A stretch of 64,000 nucleotides of DNA. Source: Pseudomonadota bacterium. Lineage in GTDB: Bacteria > Pseudomonadota > Gammaproteobacteria > Burkholderiales > SG8-39. The notes under the pieces were generated by a model. It worked only from the letters and a program-made list of their open reading frames with translations. It was not told where the DNA came from and searched no databases. This document shows positions 27,449 to 35,197 of this stretch, one piece after another. The DNA is taken from NCBI GenBank assembly GCA_025352885.1, contig JANXRZ010000223.1, positions 33,291 to 97,290 of the forward strand, read 5' to 3'. The translations under genes and the position numbers were made by a program. The stretch's first letter is position 1, and every line of letters starts with the position of its first letter.

Positions 27449-28330
27449 GTGAGCGACAAGAAAATCTATCTCGACTACGACCAGGCCGGGCTCGACGCGC
27501 AGTACAACAATCGACTGCGCTGGCCGGACTACAAGGAGCACTTCGCGAACTGGCGCAAGTGGAGCGAGGAATCCTGTGCGAAGCTTCCCTGCCATCGCGA
27601 TCTCGCCTTTGGGCCGGGCCCGATGGAGAAGCTCGACATCCTCCCGGCGGAAAAACAAAATGCAGCGATCGTCGTCTTCATCCACGGCGGTTACTGGTAT
27701 TCGCTCGACAAGGCCGACTACAGCTACGTAGCCGAAGGCCTGCGCCCGCACGGCATAATAACGGCGGTCAACAATTTCGGCCTCGCGCCGGATACGTCCA
27801 TGGACGAGATCGTTCGCCAGAATCGCGCAGCCCTCGCCTGGCTCTGGCGCAATGCGCGCACCTACGGAGCGGACCCGGATCGGATCTATGTATGCGGCCA
27901 CTCGGCCGGCGGCCACCTGGCCGTCATGCTCCTCGCGACCGACTGGCCCGCGTTCGAGCCGGGACTGCCGAAGGATCTCGTCAAAGGCGCGTGCTCCATT
28001 GGCGGGCTCTTCGACATGGAGGCGATCCGCCTGTCCTACCTGAACAAGACGTTGAAGATGAGCGAAGAGGAAGCGCGGCGAAACGAGCCGCTCTCGCAAG
28101 CCTATCCGGTGAAGGCCCCGCTTTCGCTCGTCGTGGCGATCGACGAAACCCCCGAGTACCACCGCCAGTCCGAAGCCATGGCGAAGCTCTGGAAAGGGCT
28201 CGGGTACCCTGTGGACTTGCTGGTTCCGCCGGGCGTCAACCATTTCGATGTGGTGAACCAGCTGCGCGACCCGAACTGCGAGCTCGTGAAAGTCATGCTC
28301 GCGGAAATGCGGAAAGCTTTTAAGCACTAA
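27449..28330 (+). CDS. Alpha/beta hydrolase, arylformamidase / esterase-lipase (HGG) type
   Basis: HGGYW oxyanion motif and GHSAGGHL nucleophile elbow. The start is uncertain: GTG 27449 or TTG 27389, neither with a clear SD. Confidence 0.7.
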   Translation: MSDKKIYLDYDQAGLDAQYNNRLRWPDYKEHFANWRKWSEESCAKLPCHRDLAFGPGPMEKLDILPAEKQNAAIVVFIHGGYWYSLDKADYSYVAEGLRPHGIITAVNNFGLAPDTSMDEIVRQNRAALAWLWRNARTYGADPDRIYVCGHSAGGHLAVMLLATDWPAFEPGLPKDLVKGACSIGGLFDMEAIRLSYLNKTLKMSEEEARRNEPLSQAYPVKAPLSLVVAIDETPEYHRQSEAMAKLWKGLGYPVDLLVPPGVNHFDVVNQLRDPNCELVKVMLAEMRKAFKH

Positions 28331-28343
28331 CGAAGGAGAAGCC

Positions 28344-29312
28344 ATGACGAAAACCATTCTCGCCCTGACTGCGGCGCTGCTCGCTGCGCCCTGGGTTCAC
28401 GCCCAGGACGCCTACCCGTCGAAGCCCGTCACCGTGGTCGTGCCGTTCTCGCCGGGCGGCATCTCGGACGTGATCGGGCGCCCCTTCGCGCATTCGCTCG
28501 GCAAGGCGCTCAAGCAGAGCTTCATCATCGAGAACCGCCCGGGCGCCGGAGGCGGCGTCGGCATGGCGTACGCCGCGCGCGCCAAGCCGGACGGCTATAC
28601 GGTCATGGTGGCCCTCTCGAGCATTTCCGCCATCCCTGCGTCCGACCGGTTGTTCGGCCGACCGCCCTCGTACGAGATCAAGCAGTTCGCGCCCATCGCC
28701 CTCATCAGCGCCGACCCCGCCTTCATCGTGGTGCGGGGCGACAGCCCGTGGAAATCCGTCAAGGACCTCGTTGACGCTGCGAAGGCGAAACCCGGCGCGA
28801 TCCCCTACGGCTCGACCGGCAACTACGGCACGATGCACGTGGGCATGGAGATGTTCACCAACGCCGCGGGCATCAAGATGAATCACATCCCGTACGGCGG
28901 CGGGGGCCAGCAGGTGGCCGCGATCCTCGGCAGCCAGGTCGAGGCCATCACGCAATTGCCCGCCACGCTCGCCGGGCACATCGCCGGCGGGAAGCTCCGT
29001 CCGCTTGCGACTTTCGCGCCGGCACGCGTCCCGGCCTACCCGGACGTGCCGACGATGAAGGAGCTTGGCTACGCGGACGTGGAGTACTTCGTGTGGACCG
29101 GCTTCTTTGCCCCCGTGGGCGTGCCGGCCGACGTGCTTGCAACGTTACGACGGGGCGCGCGCGACGCGGCGCAGGATCCCGAGTTCAGGAGCGCCATGGA
29201 GAAGCTGAAGGCGCCCGTCGTGTACAAGGATGCGGACGAGTTTGCCGCTTATCTCGACGCGGACGCCAAGCGCCTGGGCACCGTCATCCAGAAAATCGGC
29301 AAGGTGGAATAA
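28344..29312 (+). CDS. Bug/TctC-family substrate-binding protein
   Basis: 322 aa. Signal peptide, then DAYPSKPVTVVVPFSPGG. Confidence 0.88.
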   Translation: MTKTILALTAALLAAPWVHAQDAYPSKPVTVVVPFSPGGISDVIGRPFAHSLGKALKQSFIIENRPGAGGGVGMAYAARAKPDGYTVMVALSSISAIPASDRLFGRPPSYEIKQFAPIALISADPAFIVVRGDSPWKSVKDLVDAAKAKPGAIPYGSTGNYGTMHVGMEMFTNAAGIKMNHIPYGGGGQQVAAILGSQVEAITQLPATLAGHIAGGKLRPLATFAPARVPAYPDVPTMKELGYADVEYFVWTGFFAPVGVPADVLATLRRGARDAAQDPEFRSAMEKLKAPVVYKDADEFAAYLDADAKRLGTVIQKIGKVE

Positions 29313-29336
29313 GCGCGGCGAACGCCCAAGCAGTGC

Positions 29337-30326
29337 ATGAACCGAATCGCCTACGTCACCGGCAGTAACGGCTTTCTCGGCCTCAACTTGTGTGAGGCGC
29401 TCCTCGAACGCGGCTGGCGAGTGCTCGCGCTGCACCGGGCGACTTCCAATACGAGATACCTCAAGTGCCTTGCCGTCGAACCGGTCGAGGGCGACATCAA
29501 CGACCGGGCCTCGCTCGCGCGCACGTTGCCAAACGCAGTGGATGCGGTGTTTCATGTCGCCGGCAGCACTAACCTGTGGTCGAAAAGAAATGCCGAGCAG
29601 GACCGCATCAACGTCGAGGGCACCCGCAACGTCGTGGCAGCGGCGCTTGCGGCAGGCGCCAAACGATTCGTGCACACCTCGAGCATTTCGGCGTGGGGCA
29701 TGCGATCGGGCACGATCGACGAAACCGACGAGCAACTCGGCCACGTGTCGCCGGTGAACTACCAGCGCTCCAAGCACCTTGCCGAAAAAGAGGTGCTCGC
29801 AGGCATCACAAGGGGACTCCAGGCAGTCATTGTCTGCCCGGCTGCGATCATCGGTCCCTACGACACTGCAACTTATGCGCGCCTGTTCCGCATGGTCCAC
29901 GCCGACAAGCTGCCCGGAGTGCCGCCGGGTTCGCTGTCCTTCTGCGACGTTCGTGAAGTGGCGAAGGCCCACATTGCAGCGGCGGAGCGCGGCCGGGTCG
30001 GTGAGCGCTACCTGCTCGGCGGCGAAGATGCGAGTTACATGGACCTGGTCAGGATCATCTGCGAGATCGCCGGAAGGCAGGCTCCGAGCCGCGCAACGCC
30101 CGCATGGCTGCTCAAGACGATCGGGTCGCTCGCCGAGTCCGTTGCATCGCTCTCAGGAAAAGAACCGACGATGACCCGCGACGCCGCCACCATGGTGACG
30201 CGCAAGCTGTTCTGCAACTGTGAAAAGGCGCAGCGCGAACTCGGTTTCCGGCCGGTGCCGCTCAGGAAGATGGCGGAGGACTGCTACACCTGGATGAAGG
30301 TGGAAGGACATCTTGAAATAGCGTAA
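29337..30326 (+). CDS. NAD-dependent epimerase/dehydratase-family (extended SDR) oxidoreductase
   Basis: 329 aa. VTGSNGFLG Rossmann motif and a YxxxK region (YQRSKHLAEK). Confidence 0.8.
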   Translation: MNRIAYVTGSNGFLGLNLCEALLERGWRVLALHRATSNTRYLKCLAVEPVEGDINDRASLARTLPNAVDAVFHVAGSTNLWSKRNAEQDRINVEGTRNVVAAALAAGAKRFVHTSSISAWGMRSGTIDETDEQLGHVSPVNYQRSKHLAEKEVLAGITRGLQAVIVCPAAIIGPYDTATYARLFRMVHADKLPGVPPGSLSFCDVREVAKAHIAAAERGRVGERYLLGGEDASYMDLVRIICEIAGRQAPSRATPAWLLKTIGSLAESVASLSGKEPTMTRDAATMVTRKLFCNCEKAQRELGFRPVPLRKMAEDCYTWMKVEGHLEIA

Positions 30327-30352
30327 TCATGAACATCCACTTTCGTAGATCG

Positions 30353-30367
30353 GCCCGCCAAGCGGGC
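30353..30367. terminator. GC hairpin between convergent genes (GCCCGC-caa-GCGGGC)
   Basis: 6-bp GC stem with a 3-nt loop in the 87-nt gap between the SDR stop (30326) and the MscS stop (30414). No clear U-tract. Confidence 0.3.
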
Positions 30368-30413
30368 GTCCTGACAGCTCGTATATAAGAAAAGGTATAA
30401 ACTCTACCAGCCC

Positions 30414-31937
30414 TCAGGTGGCGAGGCTGAAGAAGTTGCGGATGCGCGCGAGCAGGTCGCGGTGATCGTTGCCATGGTCGGCCGCTGCAGCCGCCGCGTT
30501 AGTGAGCTCGTTGTCGTGCTTGCGTGAAGCGACGATCCGGCTGATGTCCTCCGCGATCTGCGGCCGCGACGTAAGCAACCCCTGGAACGAGGCCTTGTCC
30601 AGCCGGTAGCACTCGACGTCCGTAGTGGCGATCACCGTCGCGGTGCGCGGCTCGCCGGTCAAGAGCCCCATCTCGCCGAAGAACCCGCCTGCCTTCACCA
30701 GGCCCACGCGAAGGCGGCTGCCCTCCGGGCGATCGTGGACGATCTCGGCCTCACCCGACACGATGATGTAGAGCCAGTGGGACGTCTTCCCTTGCCGCGT
30801 AATGACGTCGCCCGCGGCAAACGGCGCGTACTGCAGCCGTTCGACCACCGCCGTACGCTCCTCCTCCGACAGGCTCGCGAACAGGTCCACGCCCTTCACG
30901 GCCTCGAGCCGGCGCTGCGTGTCACGCTTGCGGACGGCCTGCGCATGCGCTTCATCCTCCTCGACCAGGTGCACCGTCTGCTGCGGCTCGGCGATGCGGA
31001 TCCCGATCCGCTGGAACGCGGTGAAGAGGTGGATGCGCACCCTCGAATCGGTCGGATCGTCCTCGGCCAGGTTGGTGAGGAAATAGCGCAGGGCGTACCG
31101 CAGGTTGCCCTCCTGGAAGCCGAGCAGGACGCAGGACGGCTTGGGCACTTGCGAGACATCCGCGATTTCGGACTCGCGAATCGCTCCTTCGGCGGCGGCG
31201 ACGACCCGCGCAGGCGGCACGCCCGCATCGACCTGGAAGGCGATCCAGCGCCGCCATTGCAGCGGCCCGCCTTCGCGCTTGCCCAGAACCTGGAACTTGC
31301 CCTTCATGAGGACACTGTTCGGGATGACGACGGTTTCCCAATTGCGCGTCTCGACCGAGGTGAAGCGCCACCGGATGTCCGCCACCCGCCCGATCACGTC
31401 ATCGACCTTGATCCAGTCGCCGACACGGATCGAGTTGTCCAGCTGGAGCGCGAGTCCCCCGAGAACGTTGCCCAAGGTGTCCTGCATCGCGAATGCAAGC
31501 ACTGCGGTGACCACGGCGGAGGTGGCGAGGATCCCGCCGAGCTCCAGCCCGAACCCTCGAAGGTGGACCAGCGCGAGCACCACATAAGCGCCGGCGATGA
31601 CCAGGTCCTCGACGATGCGCGGCGTGCGCAGGTGCACGAGCGGCAGCAACAGCCGGAACACCGCGAACCCGAACAGCCTAACCACCGCCACGGAGGTGAG
31701 GACGACAAACACGGCGAACAGCACCTCGGCCACGCGCGGGTAGTCCATCGTCTGCACCGAGGCACTCGCAAACTGCCCCGCCATGCCGAACACGAAGAGT
31801 GCGAGCGTGTTGAAGTAGGCCGAGCGCTCGTGCGGGCGGAAGCGGGCCAGCAGCACGACGAGGACCAGCACGAGGCCCACGAGCCACGGCGTCTCGGGAC
31901 GCCAGAACTGGCGGAGCGTCTCGTTCATCCCGTTCAT
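30414..31937 (-). CDS. Mechanosensitive (MscS-family) channel with C-terminal cyclic-nucleotide-binding domain (bCNG type)
   Basis: 507 aa. N-terminal TM helices. MscS core LGNVLGGLALQLDNSIRVGDWIKVDD..GRV..I. cNMP phosphate-binding cassette FFGEMGLLTGEPRTATV. Confidence 0.85.
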   Translation of the reverse strand: MNGMNETLRQFWRPETPWLVGLVLVLVVLLARFRPHERSAYFNTLALFVFGMAGQFASASVQTMDYPRVAEVLFAVFVVLTSVAVVRLFGFAVFRLLLPLVHLRTPRIVEDLVIAGAYVVLALVHLRGFGLELGGILATSAVVTAVLAFAMQDTLGNVLGGLALQLDNSIRVGDWIKVDDVIGRVADIRWRFTSVETRNWETVVIPNSVLMKGKFQVLGKREGGPLQWRRWIAFQVDAGVPPARVVAAAEGAIRESEIADVSQVPKPSCVLLGFQEGNLRYALRYFLTNLAEDDPTDSRVRIHLFTAFQRIGIRIAEPQQTVHLVEEDEAHAQAVRKRDTQRRLEAVKGVDLFASLSEEERTAVVERLQYAPFAAGDVITRQGKTSHWLYIIVSGEAEIVHDRPEGSRLRVGLVKAGGFFGEMGLLTGEPRTATVIATTDVECYRLDKASFQGLLTSRPQIAEDISRIVASRKHDNELTNAAAAAADHGNDHRDLLARIRNFFSLAT

Positions 31938-33139
31938 CCGCGCGCACCGGCAGAAAGCACGACGCGCCCAGCTGCGAACTTCGCGATCTCCGCCGTCGAG
32001 TAGCCGGCTTCGGAGAGGATCTCTCCGGTGTGCTGGCCGAGCAGCGGCGCGGGCAGCCTTACGTCCGCGGGGGTTGCCGAGAACCGCGTAGACGGCTTCA
32101 CGTAACGGATCGGGCCTTCGCTCGGGTGCTCGCCTCGCTCGAAGAGCCCGACGGCCTTGAGGTGAGGATGCTCGGGCAGGTCATCCAGCGTGTAGATCGG
32201 CGTCGCCGGAATGTCGAGCTCTGCGCAGAGGCGAACCCACTCGGCGGTCGTGCGCTTCCCCGTCGCTTCGGCCATGTCGCGGTACATCTCCACGATGAGC
32301 GCGTTACGCGACTGGCGGTCGCCTGCCCCGTATTTTTCCGCGAGGTCTTCCCGACCGGCCGCCTTGAAGAATGCACGCCAGTGATCGGCTGTGTACGGCA
32401 ACAGCGCGATGTGGCCGTCGAGCGTGGGCGCGGGCTTGCGCCCACCCGAGAGGAGCCGCGCGTAGCCCGCCTTGGCCGGCGCCGGTTCGAACGTGAGCCC
32501 GCCGAGATGCTCGGCGAGCATGAAAGCCGCCATCGTCTCGAGCATCGGCACTTCGACGTACTGCCCCTCGCCGCTTCGCTCGCGATGAAAGAGCGCCGCC
32601 AGCACCGCATTCACCAGGGCCATGCCGGTCGTCTTGTCCGCGATCAGGCTGGGCACATAGCCCGGCGAGTCACGCCCTTCGCTCGCCAGGCTTGCAAGGC
32701 CGCACGCGGCCTGGATGACGTCGTCGAAGGCCGGCTTGTCGGCATCCGGCCCGCCTTCGCCAAAGCCCGTCGCGGCGCAGTACACGATGTCCGGCTTCAG
32801 CTTCGACACTTCGCCATAGCCGAACCCCAGCTTCTCGATTGCCGAAACCCGCATGTTGTGGACCAGCACGTCCGCGCCACCGATCAAGCGGCCCAGAACC
32901 GCCTTGCCGTCCGCATTCTTCAGGTCGAGCGCAATGGAGCGCTTGTTGCGGTTGATCGCAAGGAAGACCGAGCTCATGCCCGCATGCAGGCTCACGCCGT
33001 TCGAGCGCATGAGGTCGCCCTCGAGCGTCTCGACCTTGATCACATCCGCGCCGTAGTCCCCGAGGATCTGCGTGGCGAGCGGGCCGAGCACCACGGAGGT
33101 GAGGTCGAGCACCTTCACCCCGGCCAGCGGGCCGCTCAT
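31934..33139 (-). CDS. Family III CoA-transferase (CaiB/BaiF type)
   Basis: 401 aa. GPLAGVKVLDLTSVVLGPLATQILGDYGADVIKVE is the family N-terminus. ATGA overlaps at both ends. Confidence 0.88.
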   Translation of the reverse strand: MSGPLAGVKVLDLTSVVLGPLATQILGDYGADVIKVETLEGDLMRSNGVSLHAGMSSVFLAINRNKRSIALDLKNADGKAVLGRLIGGADVLVHNMRVSAIEKLGFGYGEVSKLKPDIVYCAATGFGEGGPDADKPAFDDVIQAACGLASLASEGRDSPGYVPSLIADKTTGMALVNAVLAALFHRERSGEGQYVEVPMLETMAAFMLAEHLGGLTFEPAPAKAGYARLLSGGRKPAPTLDGHIALLPYTADHWRAFFKAAGREDLAEKYGAGDRQSRNALIVEMYRDMAEATGKRTTAEWVRLCAELDIPATPIYTLDDLPEHPHLKAVGLFERGEHPSEGPIRYVKPSTRFSATPADVRLPAPLLGQHTGEILSEAGYSTAEIAKFAAGRVVLSAGARG

Positions 33140-34134
33140 TCGGGTTTGATGCCGGCCGCCTCGGCGATCCGGCGAAAGCGCTCCAGTTCCTCGCGCTGGT
33201 ATTTCTGCATCGCGGCCGGCGGATAGGGCATCAGCTCTCCGCTGACCGACTTGATGTAGTCACGCGTCTCGCTGGACGCCAGCACTTTTTGCAGCGCGTC
33301 CGCGAGCCTGGCGGTGATGTCGTCAGGCGTTTCCGCCCGCACGTAGAACGAGGTCCAGCTGTACGTCACGTACTCGGGGAAGCCGCTTTCCTTGAGCGTG
33401 GGTACATTCGGGAATTCGTCATGGCGCCGCTCGCCGGAGACCGACACGGCCCGCAGCCGGCCCGACTTGATGAGCGACGCCGCGCCGCCGAGGTCCACGA
33501 TCCCGGCGTCGAGCTGGCGGCCCATCACGTCGGTAAAGACTTGCGCGCCGCCCTTGTACGGCACGTTCGTGTACTTGAAGCCTGCCAGTCCCGCAAACCA
33601 TTCCACCGCGAGGTGATAGCCGGCCGAGTAAGTGCCGATGCTCACGGGCTTCGCACCCTTCTTGGCAATCGACACGAAATCGGCGACCGAGCCGATCGGG
33701 CCGTCCGGCGCCGTGACGAAAGCGTTCATGCCGCGCGAGAGCCCGGACAAGGGACGCAGGTCCTTCGCCGGGTCGTAGGGCAGATCCTTGATCACCACCG
33801 GGTTGACGGCGAGCGGCGAATTGCTCGCCAGCAGGATCATGTGCCCATCGGCCGGCGCGTTCTTGACGATCATCACCGACACGACGCCGCTGGCGCCCGG
33901 CCGGTTCTCCACGACGAAGGGCTGGCCGATCAGCGGCGAAAGCTTCTCGCCGAAAAACCGCGCGCTGGTGTCCGAGCCGCTGCCCGCGGTAAACGGGACG
34001 ATCACGCGGATCGGCCGGTTGGGGAACTCCTTCTGCGCTTGTGGGAACGCCGGTGCCGCGTAACCTGCCGCGTAACCAATGGCGACGGGAAGGAGCGCGT
34101 AAACCAGGTGCCGGATCCTCCTCGAGGCACCCAT
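33136..34134 (-). CDS. Bug/TctC-family substrate-binding protein
   Basis: Start MGASRRIRHLVYALLPVAIG..., then EFPNRPIRVIVPFTAGSGSD. The 461-aa track ORF is an upstream extension over the neighbouring gene. Confidence 0.85.
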   Translation of the reverse strand: MGASRRIRHLVYALLPVAIGYAAGYAAPAFPQAQKEFPNRPIRVIVPFTAGSGSDTSARFFGEKLSPLIGQPFVVENRPGASGVVSVMIVKNAPADGHMILLASNSPLAVNPVVIKDLPYDPAKDLRPLSGLSRGMNAFVTAPDGPIGSVADFVSIAKKGAKPVSIGTYSAGYHLAVEWFAGLAGFKYTNVPYKGGAQVFTDVMGRQLDAGIVDLGGAASLIKSGRLRAVSVSGERRHDEFPNVPTLKESGFPEYVTYSWTSFYVRAETPDDITARLADALQKVLASSETRDYIKSVSGELMPYPPAAMQKYQREELERFRRIAEAAGIKPE

Positions 34135-34135
34135 C

Positions 34136-35197
34136 TCAGCCGCCCGTGAGCGTCGGCCAAAGAGCATCCGCGCCCTTGGCGGCCACCATCCGGCCCAGCC
34201 GCGTCTGCCAGAACGTTTCGTTTCCGAATTCGTCTCGCCAGGACCACAGGCGCCGCGTGACGTAGTGCAGGTTGTGCTCCCGGGTGTAGCCCATCGCGCC
34301 ATGAACTTGGTGCGCGATCTCCGCGCTTTTTCCGGCCGCTTCACCGATGCGCGCCTTGGCCACGGCGACCATGAATTCATCGGCGGCAGGGTCTGAGGAC
34401 TCGACCGCGGCATCCGCAGCCGCACCCGATGCGGCGACCTGCCCTGCCAGCACGGCCAGCATGTGCTGGATCGCCTGGAACTTGCCGATCGGACGCCCGA
34501 ACTGCACTCGCTCGTTGGCATAGTTGATCGAATATTCGAGCGCCCGTTCGAGCGAGCCGGCCATTTGCACGCTGCGCACCAGCGCGCCCTCGGCGAGCAC
34601 GCGCATCGACGCGTCCTCGAATTTTTCCGACGCGACTACGGCGCTGCCCTTGAACTGCAGCACGGTCCTCGGCTCGCCCGCAAGATTCAGCTCGGTAGCG
34701 CCGGCGGCGCCTTCAGTCCTGACGAGTGTGAGCACCTCTTTTCCATCCGCTTCGGCGACGACCAGCGCGTGCTTGCACTGCGCGCCCCAAGGCACGCGCG
34801 CAACGATGCCGGCGAGTTTTCCGCCGGAAAGCCTGAGCTTGTCGCCTCCTATGGTCGAGGCGACGGTAATGGCGCCTTCAGGGACCCTGATGCCTGCCGC
34901 GGCCAGCAGGCGGCTCGCAAGCATGGTCTCGGCCAGCGGTACCGGCGCCGCGTGATACGCCGTGCGGCGCAGGGCAAACATCGCATCGCCGAACGCGAGG
35001 CCCAGGCCCCCTGCGCTTTCGGGAAGCGCCGCCATCGGCAGCCCCACCTCGTCGAGCGCCCCCCACAAGCCGGCCGGCCACTCGCCCTTCTCCGCGGACT
35101 CGCGAGCCGGCTTCGCGCAGTGCGTTTCGAATACGCGGTCGATCGTCTTGGCGAGGTCGTCCCGCATGCCGGCGTCCGCATTCATCTGCGTGCTCAC
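34136..35197 (-). CDS. Acyl-CoA dehydrogenase-family protein (short, 353 aa)
   Basis: The GTG start overlaps the upstream ACAD stop (GTGA). C-terminal ACAD signature RVQFGRPIGKFQAIQHMLA and HGAMGYTREHNLHY..RRL. Confidence 0.8.
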   Translation of the reverse strand: MSTQMNADAGMRDDLAKTIDRVFETHCAKPARESAEKGEWPAGLWGALDEVGLPMAALPESAGGLGLAFGDAMFALRRTAYHAAPVPLAETMLASRLLAAAGIRVPEGAITVASTIGGDKLRLSGGKLAGIVARVPWGAQCKHALVVAEADGKEVLTLVRTEGAAGATELNLAGEPRTVLQFKGSAVVASEKFEDASMRVLAEGALVRSVQMAGSLERALEYSINYANERVQFGRPIGKFQAIQHMLAVLAGQVAASGAAADAAVESSDPAADEFMVAVAKARIGEAAGKSAEIAHQVHGAMGYTREHNLHYVTRRLWSWRDEFGNETFWQTRLGRMVAAKGADALWPTLTGG

